Source of the DNA: the human T2T-CHM13v2.0 reference genome, Homo sapiens
DNA length: 64,000 nt
Strand: one strand, 5' to 3'
NCBI RefSeq assembly: GCF_009914755.1
Contig: NC_060935.1
The stretch's first letter is position 1; every line of letters begins with the position of its first letter. A program made the translations under genes and the position numbers. The notes beneath the pieces are model-generated. The model was not told the DNA's origin. It ran no database searches and saw nothing but the letters and a program-made list of their open reading frames with translations. Below are positions 33,357-47,315 of this stretch, one piece after another.

Positions 33357-35806
33357 GAGGGAGGGAGTCAGCAGGGAATGGGACCAGCCCAGGCATCCAG
33401 GGCACCTCATGGCCCAGGCAAGGGCCTCTGACATGGGAGGGCTGCCCCTGGTGATGGAGGCGTTCTGGGATGGGGGGTTCCAGCACTGTGCAGCTCCTAG
33501 ACTCGCCGTTACTGGGGCTGAGCTTGGGCTGTGCACACTCCTGAGTGTATCTGCAGGCAAGCGGGAGGTCGGCAACCCCACGGAGCGTCTGCCGGATGCT
33601 CTGCAGAGGGTGGGCTGGGCCCTGGAAGCTTGTCACTCTCTTAGTCCTCTCTGACCACCGCCACCCCTCCCCGGAGCCTCCATGTTCCTGATGCCCAGTG
33701 TTCTCTTCTTGGAGGGCTCCAGGGAGTCTGCAGATTCCCTTGGACACACCGGCCTCGGGCTGGGCCCTGCCTCAGCCACATAGCAGCACCAGTAGAGTGG
33801 GCGGCACTGACCCGGCATCCCAGGAGTGGGCAGAAGGGTCTGGAGGAGCCCAGGCTGAGCCGGGTGGGGCTGGGGAGCCCACTGCCTAGACAGGGCCAGC
33901 GCAGGGCGGGGGAAAGACAGGGAGGGCTGCGGTCGGCCCTGGCCAGGCCTGTGGCCCACACAGGAAGGCCCAGGAACATCTGGAGCCCCCCACGCCTGAT
34001 GGTGGGACAGGTGGGTGGGAAGCTGCGCCCAGAGTGGAGGCGGTGACGTGGCAGGCACCAGCTCCCTGGTGACTTTCTGGGGCTCAGGGTCCTGCCCGGG
34101 CCTCCCACGGCTTCAGGTGGCCCCAGTGTCCCTCTGGGCCAGAGAGGGTCTCAGGGACCTGTGCACCCTGGGCGTGGTGTGGAGTAGCTGAGGGGCCGGC
34201 AGGGGGATTCTCCATCAGCAAGGTGGACGTAGGGGCCCAGCCTCATGTGCCTGTCTGGGTGGGCGCTTTTCCCAGCCCTCCTGGACTTCGGCCGCGCCCA
34301 TTGCTCCAACCTCCCCCAGCCTCCTTTTCAGGTGCCAGGCCCGGCGGGGTGGGGTCTGGGGAACCGACCTTCCATTCTCAGGCGTGCAGCCGCGCTCCCT
34401 GCAGCTGCCACGAGGTGGCAGCACAGTCAGGCCTGGCACCCGTCGGCTCAGGCCTGGGCTCCAGGCACCGCAGAGCCAGGGGAGTCCCGGGTCTCAGCCC
34501 ACATCCCTCACGGACTGCCCATGGCCCTGGGAGGCTGAGGACACCCCTCACGGCTTACAGGCACATGGCAGCCTGGAGGGCTTGGGCTGGGCCGGAGGGC
34601 CGCGGCCCCTCCCGCTACTGTGTGCCTGGCCCTGTGAGGAGGCCCGGCCAGTCCCAGAGTCCCTCTTGCCCTCAAGCCACGTCTGCAGGCACTGGGAGGT
34701 CAGAAGACAAGGCCGGCCCAGTCCCTGCACCAGGATTTTTGACCCAATGGCAGGCAGTGAGGCCTCCGTGGCTCCAGCGTTGGCTCACATCTGGGGGTTG
34801 CTTTGACAGGTCTCAGGGCTGGGGTGCCCAGGACCCCCCAGGTCCAGTTCTCCAACTGCCTGCCCACCCTGGCCCACTGTGTGCTCCCAGACACCTGGGC
34901 AGTGGGGCTGCCTCCGAGCCTGACTGCTGGGGTGAGCAGGTGGGGCAGAGGAGGCTCCCCAGCCTCGACCCATGTCCTCTTGGCGGCCAGGCGGAAGCAC
35001 AGCCCGGGAACTCCCGCTCTAAGACCCGTCGGCTCCAGCGCTCTGCTGACCACCTGACCTCACAGCCGCAGGGCACCCTAACCAGCACCAGTGTGCCTGG
35101 GGTGGATCAGGTATCCTAGAAAGCTGCCAATTCCTCTCAGGGTAGGGTGGGAACGGCTGACTAATCCCCCACCCCCTGGGGTGAGCTTGGCCCCACGGCC
35201 TCCTGCCCGGCGCTCCCTGCCTGGAACACGGCAGAGTGGCCGGAGGTAACCGGATAGCAGGTCCCTGGGAGGGAGCAGCCGCCTCCCGGCCGCCCACCTG
35301 GGTCGCCACAGCCCCTGGCCCCGGTTATGCAAGTCGCCATTCCGGAAAGAGCCACAGAGATGGGTGTGGCCCCAAACACCTTGGCGGCTGCCAGCCTGCC
35401 CCTGCTCCCCACTCCTCCTGGACGTGAGCGGGAAGAGGCCAGGGCTGGCCTGGGTGGCCCCTGCCCCACCCCCCACACTCCCGTGCCAGGAGGCTGCCTG
35501 GAGTATGGCCTTGGCGGAGGCGTCACGTCGAGGCTGGACACTCATGATTCTAGGACCCCTCCAGGAGCCAAAACTTCCCCCAGGCTGATGGAGAAGGGGT
35601 GTCCCACCATGTGCCCAGGGAGTCCATATTGGGGCCCATACTGGGGCCAGGTCCCAGATAAGGGGACCTGGGAGGCTCCTGGCCATGGGGAGCAAGATGG
35701 ACAGAGACGCAGGGCTCAGGGGTCTGTGACCATGGAGGGTGGGCTGTGCTCTCAGCCCCCTCCCAGCTCTCCCCAGCATGGCAGCACCCAGGGCTCCTGA
35801 GGAGCT

Positions 35807-36214
35807 GGGTCCCCGCAGTCGGCCACATCTTGGGGTGTGCACAGGCAGCAGCTCCGAGCTCTGGGCAGCAGGGTGGGTCCCCATGGTTGGCCACATCTTG
35901 GGGTGTCCCCAGCAGCAGCTCTGAGCTCCCGGGCAGCAGGGTGGGTCCCCGCGATTGGCCACGTCTTGGGGTGTGCACAGGCAGCAGCTCTGAGCTCCTG
36001 GGCAGCAGGATGGGTCCCCGCGATCGGCCACATCTTGGGGTGTCCCCAGCAGCAGCTCTGAGCTCCCGGGCAGCAGGGTAGGTCCCCGCGGTCGGCCACG
36101 TCTTGGGGTATCCCCGGCAGCAGCTCTGAGCTCCTGGGCAGCAGGATGGGTCCCCGCGATCGGCCACGTCTTGGGGTGTCCCTGGCAGCAGCTCTGAGCT
36201 CCGGGCAGCAGGGT
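35807..36214 (+). repeat. Intergenic minisatellite, 6 copies of ~68 bp
   Basis: gggtccccgcgatcggccac(a/g)tcttggggtgt...gcagcagctctgagctcc.gggcagcagg.t x6. Confidence 0.95.
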
Positions 36215-36509
36215 GACTTCTTGGAGCAACCAGAGATCCAGGGCAGCTGCCTGGCCCAGGTGCAGAGAGATGGATGCTGCGGTGGCATGGATGCCAGCTG
36301 AAGCCCTGGGAGCAGAGAGACCTGAGGATGATTTTAAGGAGGCTGGGGCCAGTGTAGGGAAGCAGGGCAGCTGCCCGGGGCTGGCCACTCACCCTGGGCA
36401 CAGCTCCTGCCCCCAGGTGTGCCTGTATTCAGGACGGGCACCGACTGTGTGCTCGAATGTCCCTAGGCAGGACCCGGAACGTGTTTGACTGAGGGACAGC
36501 CTCGTGGGG

Positions 36510-36910
36510 GACAAAAGACTGCAGAAGAGGTGACCACCTATGTAGAGAACCCGACTGAACCAACAGAGGAGCCATGGGTGCTGACGGGACAGCCCCACAG
36601 AGCCTTGGCTAGAGCGGCCCAAAGTCAGCGTGGTTCTTCCACACCCTGGACCACCACCGGAAAACGACCACGTCTCTGGCTGTGTGAAGCTGCGTAGTGA
36701 ATGTCCATGTCTCCAGCAGCAGGCTGGAGGGATGCAGAGGAGGACTCAGAGACGGAAGGGGCATTGCACACACAGGCGTGGCTCCCCCAGGCCGATGGCA
36801 GCTGGTGAGAGCTTTGGAGGAAGTTGGCAAACTCGTAGAATCTACCCGGACTGAAAAAGGTCCTCAAATATCCAGGTGGATTTTGAAAGGCACGAGCAAA
36901 GAGTGCAGTG
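36510..36910 (+). mobile_element. Highly decayed, GC-shifted L1 ORF2 relic
   Basis: cctatgtagagaaccc...caaagtcagcgtggttcttccacacc...ggaaaa and ttggcaaactc...aaaaggtcctcaaatatcca..attttgaaag.cacgagcaaag follow the order of L1 ORF2 consensus segments; judged by eye. Confidence 0.45.
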
Positions 36911-39900
36911 CCCTGCCACCCAGGAGGGCTCCCCAGCAATCATCGCAGGGAAAGCGCCCCTCCCCCTGGGTCACAGTGGCTTCCAGCAGCCGTGCTGTGT
37001 GGGCCGCCCCACGCAGGCCAAAGGGACCCACTGAGGGCCCGGTGAGGTGCCCGTGTCCCTGGGGCCTCGCCGTGTTGCAGGAGCAGTGCGCAGGGCTGTC
37101 GGCTCCTGAGCATCTGCTGGAAGGCCTGCAAGGTTTGGTCGCTGAGTGCTCACAGCTCAGAGCCCAGGGGTGGAGCCTGGCCCTCACAGTGAGCAGAGCA
37201 GACGAGATCACCGGGTGGAAGGAACCCCAAACTGGAGCTACAGGGCAAAATAAGCAGAAAAGGAGAATTCAAGATATTGGGGCTAGAACTGTGGGGGTGC
37301 TGACCAGAGCCTGCGGGAGCCTGGGGTGCGTGTGGGGTTGGGGGTGGCGGGACAGAGAGCCCCGCTGGGAGCAGGGCTGCAAGAGAGCCCCCAGCCAGGG
37401 TGGCTGGACCAAGGTGGGCCAGGAGGGGTGGATACAGAGGTGGCCAGGCCAGGCCGAGTGCGGCGGGCTTTGGAGGTCCCAGTAGAGGCACCTCGAAGTC
37501 TGCCTCAAATCCTGCTGCTTCTCACTCACCCTGGGGCTTTCTCAATGCTCATAAAACCCACCTGGAGGTCACACACAGGCTGCTGTATTTTTACAGAATA
37601 GAATAAAAAATAAAACCCCAGAGGGTGACGGTGACAAAGTATGTGCATCCTGGGCGCTGGAGAAAGACATTTTTATGACTGAGGTTCTGGGAGGCGTAGA
37701 CACAGCGGCCCGGAGGACATGGAGAGCAGCAAGTTCAGGTCAGAAAGAAGGCGCCTGCAGGCAGGACTATGTGGCTGGGAGGCCGCAGTGCGTCCGGCGG
37801 CCCCGACACAGGCCCAGCGGGAAGGACGTGCTGGCGCCGCACTCTCTGCTCTCACCCGCCATCGTTGTCCGGACTGACTGTTTATCCGAAGGCGACGTGC
37901 ACCCCTCACCGCAATCTCACCCCACTCCCTGCCTCGCACAACCATCCCTGCCCGGCCCTCCCACTTCTCCAAATGGGGGGCTCCTCAGCCCTCGGAGCCC
38001 ACCCCTGGGGTCCCCCAGCCTTGGTGCCTTAGCTGGGACTGTGGGGTGAGGGCTTCTGTGCTGGCCCCACCCTCACCAGGTGAAGGTAGACAATGAAGAC
38101 TGGGCCACCTGAGCTGTGGGGCCTGCGAGACTCAGAGGCCGCTGGCTGGGCCCCTGTCAATGGTGGAGGCAGCTCTGTCACCTCCGGGAGCTCGCCCTGC
38201 TCACGACCCACCACGTGCCACCCTAGTCCCAGACCCTGCAGGGGCCCTGAGAGCGGTGCTTACCAAACCAGAGGCAGAGGTCCTGAACCCCAAACCATCC
38301 AGACCCATCCCAGGCCAGCGTCCCACTGCTCCTCTCTGGCTGGGCTGAGCCAGAGGCTCATTCCCACCCGGGCAGGGTTGGGGGGCTGCTCCTCTGACTG
38401 TCCCACCCAGAGGGAGATCAGCCCTGATGCACCACCCCTGCAGGCCCCGGGGGCTCAGGCTGCCTCGCCCAGCACCCACCCTGGAGGCCTCAGATGCCTG
38501 GGCGGGGGCTGGCAGGAGGGTGCCAGGGAAGGGCCCCCAAGCTGATGTCCCCGGTCGATGGCTCTCAAGCTTCTACCCTCCCACGAAAGGATGGTTCAGA
38601 ATTTAGTGAAAACTGAGAATCCACGTCCTGCTGGGAGGGGCCCTGGCAGGCTGGCTCCAGCTCACAGGGTTCAGGAAGAAGCCCCTGGGGGCAGGGAGGT
38701 CACCAGGCCACACCCTGGTGGTAGGATGTGCCTTAGGTCCCCAGAGCCAAGAGGCACTATGGCCTTGCTCCCGGCACCCGACCCCACCTGCCGTGGACCC
38801 GTGCGCCTGTGCGCAGCTCAGGAAGCCACCGGTAGCTCCACTGAGACCAGCCTCCTCTCCCGGGGCGTCTCAGCTGTCCCCGGGGCCACGTCCCCCCCTC
38901 ACTTGGGTCTCCACAGCAGCGCCGGCCGAGCTGGTTTGCAGACTCTGCCTCTGGAGAATCGTGGGCGGTGGCTCCTGTTTGCCTACGTGTGTGCTGCATG
39001 GACAGAGCTGCAAGGCCCCGGGCGAACATGCAGGCAGACGGACGTGGATACACAGAGGCTTGGAAATGCCTCTTCAGCCCTGCTAAGAGCTGGCCCTGGG
39101 GCTTTGCTCCCCTTCCCTGGAAGCAGAGCGTGGGGCTGCTCAGCTGGGCAGAAGCCCGTCCGTCCAGAGGCTCAGCAACGCCAGGGCAGGGCCCCTGCTG
39201 ACCCCAGGCCAGTCCCACCATCCTCCTGGGCGATAAAGGGTCGGTGCTGAGTGACCTTAAGTTCTGAGAAAGGGGCCTGGCAGCAGCTCTCGACCAAACT
39301 CTGCCAAAGCCTCAGGCCGGCCATGGGCGAGGCTGCCCCTCATGTCCCCGCGGCTGGGTAGAACTGGGCGTGAGGCCTTGGTCTGGTCGCCAACCTTTTC
39401 CCTACAAACAAGTCCTCATTGTGCCCCTTGAGCTGTTCTGACCACCGTGACCTCTGAATGGGGTCGTAGGTCAGAGTTCAGAGTTCACTCACCACTGCCC
39501 TTGGAGCAGCTCTGACTCTGTACCCCACAGGGGTGTGGGCGCATTCGCCGCCATCTGCTCAGACCACACAGGCTTTCAGAACGTCAGCCTCATCCCAGAT
39601 GTGGGGCAGGCAGGGCCCTGGTGAGGCTGAGTGCACAGACAGGGCGGCCGGGCCCAAAGGTGAAAGGGGCGGGGATCACGCCTGGGCCTGTGTCCCGTGA
39701 GGGTCGGGCCCTGCAAGTGGGCTGCCCCTCTGCTGCTCGGCCTGCCCCATCACGGCGCGGGAGTCAGGACTGTGGTGGGTCCCTTGGGCTGGGCCTGGAT
39801 CTCCCTTTCCCAGTTCTTGCAGGGGCCCTGGGGCCAGGTGGGGCAGGAGCCGGCGGTAGCAGGAGCCTGTAGGGCTTGGGTGTGGGTGCTGGCCTTGGTA

Positions 39901-40170
39901 TCAGGTGCCTAACCCAGCACCGGGCCACTGGGGAAGGTGGCCTCAGCCACACGGGGCCACGTTGGCCCCTCTGCCAGCCTCGCAGGCGCTAAGTCAACAT
40001 CGGGGTTCCTGGAGGGAAGGGAGGGCCTGTTTGCCGCTGACACTTGGCAGGGAACTGGACAACGTGCGCCCCACTCCTGTTTGCTCTGACTCGAGTTGTC
40101 TTAATCCTGAGCAAATGCGGCCAAGGGGCCTGCCTCGGCCTTGTCCTCTGTCCACACTCTGCCCGCATCC

Positions 40171-40312
40171 TCACCTGCCCGCCACACTGAGGTCACGCCT
40201 GCCCGCCACACTGAGGTCACGCCTGCCCGCCACACTGAGGTCACGTCTGCCCGCCACACTGAGGTCACGCCTGCCCGCCACACTGAGGTCATGCCTGCCC
40301 GCCACTGTGAGG
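40171..40312 (+). repeat. 24-bp minisatellite, ~5.5 copies
   Basis: cctgcccgccacactgaggtcacg repeated. Confidence 0.95.
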
Positions 40313-41256
40313 CACCCCAAGACTCTGGCCCTGCATGGGGGTGCTGCTTCCCCAGGAGACTCTCAGGGCTGGGGAGCCACTAAGCATCCACGGTGCCAGG
40401 GCCAGGACAGCCTCGACACCGGCCTCAGCACCTGGCCATGGCACGCCAGCCCCTTGCATCCCTGTTGCCTGCTCAGGCTGTCTCTGCCATGTCCCCCTCC
40501 TCCTCCTTCCACACGTGTCCCCTCCACTTCTCCCTTTTCCCTTTTGTCCCCCTTCACTACTGCACCCCTGCATCCAGGCCCCACTGGGCTACTGCAGGGG
40601 ATGCATTCTGGTGGCATCATGCCTCTGGGGAAAGTCCTCCTTCGCTGTGGTTCTGAACTTGCAGGTAAGTTGAATGAGTGGAACAGAGACCTCCTCCATG
40701 CCCTTCCTCAGGCTCTGGGGCTTGTGTTTTGTTCCAGGGACTTGTGCTATTTGCTGTCTGTAGCTACATATTTTTCTGAACCTCTGGTGTTTGAGAAGCA
40801 TGTCCCTTCACCCTTATATACGCAGACGTGTCGCCTAGAAACAGCAGGGGTCACACCCAGACGGGTCGGTGACGTGACATCACAGCCCAGAGGCAGACCC
40901 CTCTGCTGTCCTGCCCGCGTCCATCACAGCTTTCATCTTTCCCACCCCAGGGTTTGGCGTAGGACCACCTGTCCCACCACTGCCAGCTCTTCAGTCTCCT
41001 TGTATCTGGAATCTGTCCTCAGCTTTTCTGTTTCTTGACCGTGGTCTTTTGAGGAGAGTAGGCTGGTTATGTTGCGTGGCACCCCTAAGTCTGTCTGAGG
41101 TTTGCTTGTGCTCCAGCTGGGCTGTACCCTGGCAGGGTCACCACGGGGAAGCTGTGCGTGTCTCCAGAGGATGTGATGTCGATTGGACCCAGCACTGGGA
41201 CGCCAGCCTTCATCACTTGGTTCAGGGGTGTCTGCCGGTTTTCTCCACTGGAAAGT

Positions 41257-41760
41257 TGTTGGGAACAGGCCCCCCAAAATCTGCCCATAAACTGGCCCCA
41301 AAACTGGCCATAAACAAAATCTCTGCAGCACTGTGACATGTTCATGATGGCCATGACGCCTACGCTGAAGGTTGTGGGTTTACTGGAATGAGGGCAAGGA
41401 ACACCTGGCCCACCCAGGGTGGAAAACCGCTTAAAGGCGTTCCTAAGCCACAAACATGAGTGATCTGAGCCTTAAGGACATGCTCCTGCTGCAGATAACT
41501 AGCCAAACCCATCGCTTTATTTCAGCCCATCCTTTCATTTCCCATAAGGAATACTTTTAGTTAATCTATAATCTATAGAAACAATGCTTATCACTGGCTT
41601 GCTGTTAATACATACGTGGGTAAATCTGTGTTCGAGGCTCTCAGCTCTGGAGGCTGTGAGACCCCTGATTTCCCACTCCACATCTCTATATTTCTGTGTG
41701 TGTCTTTAATTCCTCTAGTGCCACTGGGTTAGGATCTCCCCGACCAAGTTGGTCTCAGCA
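41257..41760 (+). mobile_element. MER9 solo LTR (HERV-K HML-3 family), 504 bp
   Basis: Starts TGTTGGGAACAGGCCCCCCAAAATCT, ends GGTCTCAGCA; perfect 6-bp target-site duplication GAAAGT at 41251-41256 and 41761-41766. Confidence 0.88.
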
Positions 41761-42031
41761 GAAAGTTGCCATCTCCTCCCCTGGAGCTAAGGAGTCTCTT
41801 GTGGGAGGTGCTTCAGGACCACATAATTATTCTATTCCTCCCTAGCTGCTGTGTGTTAACTAGTGTCAATATCCATTAATGAGTCTAATTCCTCCCACTT
41901 TTCTTAGTCTTTCTCTCTAAAAACTGGGAGAGCTCCCGGCATTCAAGGAAATCTCTGTCAAAACATCAGTTGAACATGAGCTAAAGGAACACAGACTTCA
42001 TGATCACACATGACAAGAAATAGTCTTTGGC

Positions 42032-42317
42032 AGCCAGGTGTGGTGGCTCACGCCTGTAGTCCCAGCACTGTGGGATGCCGAGGAGGGCAGATCACCTGAG
42101 GTCAGGAGCTCAAGACCAGCCTGACCAATATAGCAAAACCAGTCTCTACTAAAAATACAAAAAATTAGTCAGGTGTAGTGGTGGGTGCCTGTAATCCCAG
42201 ATACTTGGAAGGCTGAGGCAGGAGAATTGCTTGAACCCAGGAGGCAGAGGTTGCAGTGAGCGTGCCATTGCACTCCAGCCTGGGCAACAGAACAAGACTC
42301 TGTCAAGAAAAAAAAAA
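42032..42317 (+). mobile_element. Alu (AluS-type)
   Basis: Dimeric Alu with A tail; degenerate TSD caagaaa(t/c)ag(t/c)ctttg. Confidence 0.95.
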
Positions 42318-44039
42318 CACACCAAGAAACAGCCTTTGCAAAGTTCACTTAAAAACATCTCGAATGGATCACTGTAGCCTTCAATAATAAAAAAGAAGAG
42401 AAAAACCCAGCCAACACTAGAAAAAGGGGGAAATCTGATTTCCAGAGTTACCACATTATAATAGTTAAATCCCCAATTTTCAACAAAAAAATCACAAGAC
42501 TTACAAAGAAACAATATAGCCCATCCAGAGGAACAAAATAAACTGGGAGAAGTTATCCCTGAGTAAATTCAGACATCAGTCTTACTAGCCAGTGATTTTA
42601 AAGCAACTGTCTTAAGTTGCTCAAAGAACTAAAGCAAAAGACGGACAAAGAACCAAAGGAGGTCAGTAAGACAATGCACGTACAAAATGAGAATACCCAC
42701 AAAGAGACAGAAATCTTTTTAAAAAGAACCAAACAGATATTCTGTACTTGGAAATTATAATAACTGAAATGAAAAAAAATCACTAGAGGGGTTCAACAGC
42801 ATATTTGAGCAGTTATAAGAAAGGCTCAGCCAAACTTGAAGACAAGGCAATTGAAATGATCAAGTCTGAGGAGCAGAAAGAAAAAAAGATTGAAGAAAAG
42901 TGAATAGAATCTGAGGTGCTTGTTGACCACCAAGTGGGTCTTACAGGAGGAGAGAAAGGGAGAAATTATTCAAAGAAACTCAAAAAAATTCAAAGGAACA
43001 AAAATGGCCAAAAGCTTTCTAAAATTGATGAAAAACATGAATCTACAAATCCAGGGAGTTCAAGAAACTCCAAGTAGGATAAACTCAAAGAGATCCACAC
43101 TGAGACACATTATAATCAAACAGTTGAAGGATAAAAGCAAAGAAAGAATCTCAAAAGCAAGAAGAGACGTGACTTGTCGTATTTAAGGGATCTTCAGTAA
43201 GATTGGCAGCATATTTACCATCAGAAACCTTAAAGGCCAGCAAGGTAGTGGATGATAACATTTAAAGTGCTGAAATTAAAAAACAACAACACTGTCAACC
43301 AAGAATTCTATATCTGGCAAAACTGTCCTTCAAAACTTAGGGTGAAATTAGGACATTACCAGATAAACAAAAGGTAAGGGATTTGTTGCCACTAGCCAAG
43401 CCCTGCAAGAAATGCTACACAAAGTCCTTCAGGCTGAAATAAAAGGACACTAGACAGTAACTCAAAGCTGTAAAAAGAAATAGATCTTCACTGAAACTAC
43501 ATACATGGCCAAATATAAAAATCCAGTATTACTGTAAATTTGATTTTAATCCACTTCTTCTTTTCTACAGGATATAAAAGGCAAATGCATAAAAATAACT
43601 ATAAATCTATGTTATTGAATACACAAGGTATAAAGATGTAATTTGTGACATCAATGAAATAAAGGGAGGGGGTGGAGCTGTGTAGAAGGAGGGTTTTGTG
43701 TGCAATTAAAGTTATGTTGGTATCAATTCAAACTAGACTGTTATAACTTTAGGATGTTATATGTCATCCCGAGGGTAACCACAAAGAAAATGCTATAGAA
43801 TATACACAAAAAGAAATGAGAAGGGAATAAAAATTTGTCACTTCAAAAAATCAACTGAAGACAAAAGAAGGCAGTGATGGAGACAATGAGGAACAAAAAA
43901 TTAGAAGACATACAAAAAAATAGTAAAATGGCAGTGGTAAGTACATCCTTATTAGTAATTACTTTAAATGCAAATAGACTTAGACTCTCCATTTAAAATG
44001 CAGAGACTGGTTAAAATCAATTTTTAAAAAACCATGATT

Positions 44040-44340
<301 letters not shown>

Positions 44341-45532
44341 TCAACAAGAAGATATAACAACTATAAATATATATGAACCAAACAACAGAGCCTCCAGGTA
44401 TATGAAGCAAACATTGTCAGAATGAAGGGAGAAATAAATAGTTCTATAACAATAGCTGAAGACTTCAGTACCACACTTTCAATAATCAATACAACAACCA
44501 GACAGATCAATAAGGAAACAGAGGACTTGAACAACACTATAGACCAATTAGACATAATGTACATGCACAGAACACTTCACCTACCAACAGCAGAAGACAC
44601 ATTTTTTTCCAAGTGCACATGAAATATTCTCCAGGAGAAACTATATGATAGGATCCAAAACAAGTCTTAATAAACTTTCAAAGATTGAAATCACACAAAG
44701 TATTCTACAAAGGAATGAAGCTAAAAATCAATAATAAAAGAAAAACTAAAATGTACAAATATGAGGAAATTGAATATCACACCTTTAAATAACAAACAGG
44801 TCAAAGAAGAAATCACCAAAGATATTAGGCATTCTTAAAGCTTGAATGAAAACAAAACCACAATGTATCCAAACTTATAAGACACACAAAGGTAGTAATG
44901 AGAGGGAAATGTATAGCTAGAAACAACTAAATCAAAAAAGAAGAAATATCTTAAATCAATAACCTAATTGTATACCTTAAGGAACTAGAAAAAGAAGAGA
45001 AAACTAAACCCAAAGCTACCAAAAGGGAGGACATAATAAAGGTTACAATAGAAATAAATAAAACAAGGAATTTTAAAAAATCATAGGAAAAAAAGCCTTC
45101 AATGAAACCAAAAGTTGGTTCTTTAAAAAGATCAACCAAATTGACAAACTTTTAGCTAGATTGGCTAAGAAAAAAGAGAAGATTCAAATTACTAAAATCA
45201 GAAATAAAAAGGATATTACTAAAAATTTTACAGGAACAAAAACAATTATAAGAGAATGCTATGAACAATTGTCTGCCAACAAATTTGATAACTTAGAAGA
45301 AACAGGCAAATTCCTCAAAAGCACTCTATGTAGCAAAACTGCCTCATGAAGAAATAGGCAAACTGAGTAGATGTAGAAAAGGAGATTAAGTCAGTAATCA
45401 AAACCCTCCTATATAAAGAAAATCACAGGGCCTGATGGCTTTACTGGTTAATTCTAACAGGCATTTAAAGAAGAATTAACACCAATATGTATCAAATTCT
45501 TCCAAAAGATTGGAAAAAAAGGGCAACCGTTC

Positions 45533-45782
45533 TGTATTAGTCCATTTTCATCCTGCTAAAGAAATACCCATGACTGAGTAATGTATAAAGAAAAAGAGGT
45601 TTAATGGACTCACAGTTCCACATGGCTGGGGAGGCCTCACAATCATGGTGGAAGGCAAAGAAGGAGCAAAGGCACATCTTATATGGCAGCAGGGGAGAGA
45701 GTGTGTGCAGGGGAACTGCCCTTTATAAAACCACCAGATCTCTTGAGACTTATTCACTGTCCTGAGAACGGCACCCATATCA
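45533..45782 (-). mobile_element. THE1 (C/D-like) MaLR solo LTR with internal deletion
   Basis: tgtattagtccattttca...gaggtttaatggactcacagttccacatggctggggaggcctcacaatcatgg...ccatatca; both termini present but only 250 bp long; inserted in L1 ORF2. Confidence 0.85.
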
Positions 45783-46910
45783 ACTTCCTAACTCATTCTA
45801 TGAAGCTAGCATTACACTGACAACCAAGGAGACAAAGACAAAACAAGTCAAGAAAACTAAAGACCAATATCCTTTAAAAATATTGATGAAAAAAATCCTC
45901 CACAAAATACTAGCAAACTGAACTCAGCAGCTTCCTAAAGGGATTCTACACCATGATCAAATGGGTTTTCTTCCTGGGCTGCAAGCGTGGTTCAAGATAT
46001 GAAAATCAACCATTTAAACACACCACATTAATAGAATGAAGCAGGAAAAAAAAAATCCATGACCATTTCAATGGATGCAGAAGAAGCATTTGCCAAAATT
46101 CAACACCATTTCATGGTTAAAAATAAACAAAAACAAAACAAAACAACCAACTAGAAATAGGAGGAAACTACTTCAACATGATAAGGGCCATATGTAAAAA
46201 GCCCACAGCCAACCTCATATTCAGTGATGAAAGACTGAAACCTTTTCCTCTAAAATTGGGAAAAAGACAACAAGGCTTGTATTCACCATTTGTATTCAAC
46301 ATAGGGTTCGAAGTTCTAACCAGAGCAATAAGGCAAGAACGAGAAATAACAGAAACGAAAATTGGTAAGGACGATGTAACATTACTATGTTCACAGATGA
46401 CATGCTATTATATATAGAAATCCCCCAAAATTCCACCCCAATACTACTGAAGCTGATTAAAGCATTCAGCAATACACACTAGCCATGAACAATGGGAAAA
46501 GGATATTAAGAAAACAATTCCATTTACATAGCATCCAAAAGAATAAAATGCTTAGGAAATAAACATAACCGAAGAGGCAAAACATCTGTACACTGAAAAC
46601 TACAGAACATTGTTGAAAAAAATATTTAAAGACATAAAGTGGAAAGACATCCTGTGTTCATGGGTTTGAAGACAATATTGATAAGGTAACAATACTACCC
46701 AAAGGTAATACAGATTCCATGCAATCCTTATCAAAATTCTCACGGTACTTTTGTAGAAATAGGAAAATCCATGCTAAACTTTGTATAGAATCTCAAGGGA
46801 CCCTGAATAGCCAAAATAGTCTTTCAAACGAACAAAATTGGAGGACTCATACTTCTTATTTTTAAAATGCATGACAACACTGCAGTCATCAAGTTGCTGT
46901 ACTGGCATAA

Positions 46911-47315
<405 letters not shown>

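Noticed and set aside
32534-33747. Minus-strand HSFTHS ORFs (213-369 aa)
   Set aside because: Shadow of the (GAGT/GAAT)n array.
39545-39562. Possible CTCF site (CTGAGCAGATGGCGGCG on - strand) as an insulator between the genes
   Set aside because: Mismatches at the conserved 5' CC; such matches are common in GC-rich DNA and cannot be supported without a PWM scan or ChIP data.
35807-40312. Regularly spaced repeats superficially like CRISPR arrays
   Set aside because: Human DNA; head-to-tail minisatellites without unique spacers or cas genes.
34200-41040. Several 200-430-aa intergenic ORFs (e.g. 35078-36388, 39905-41038)
   Set aside because: No recognisable domain, expected in GC-rich DNA, and partly built from VNTR units; no exon structure supportable.
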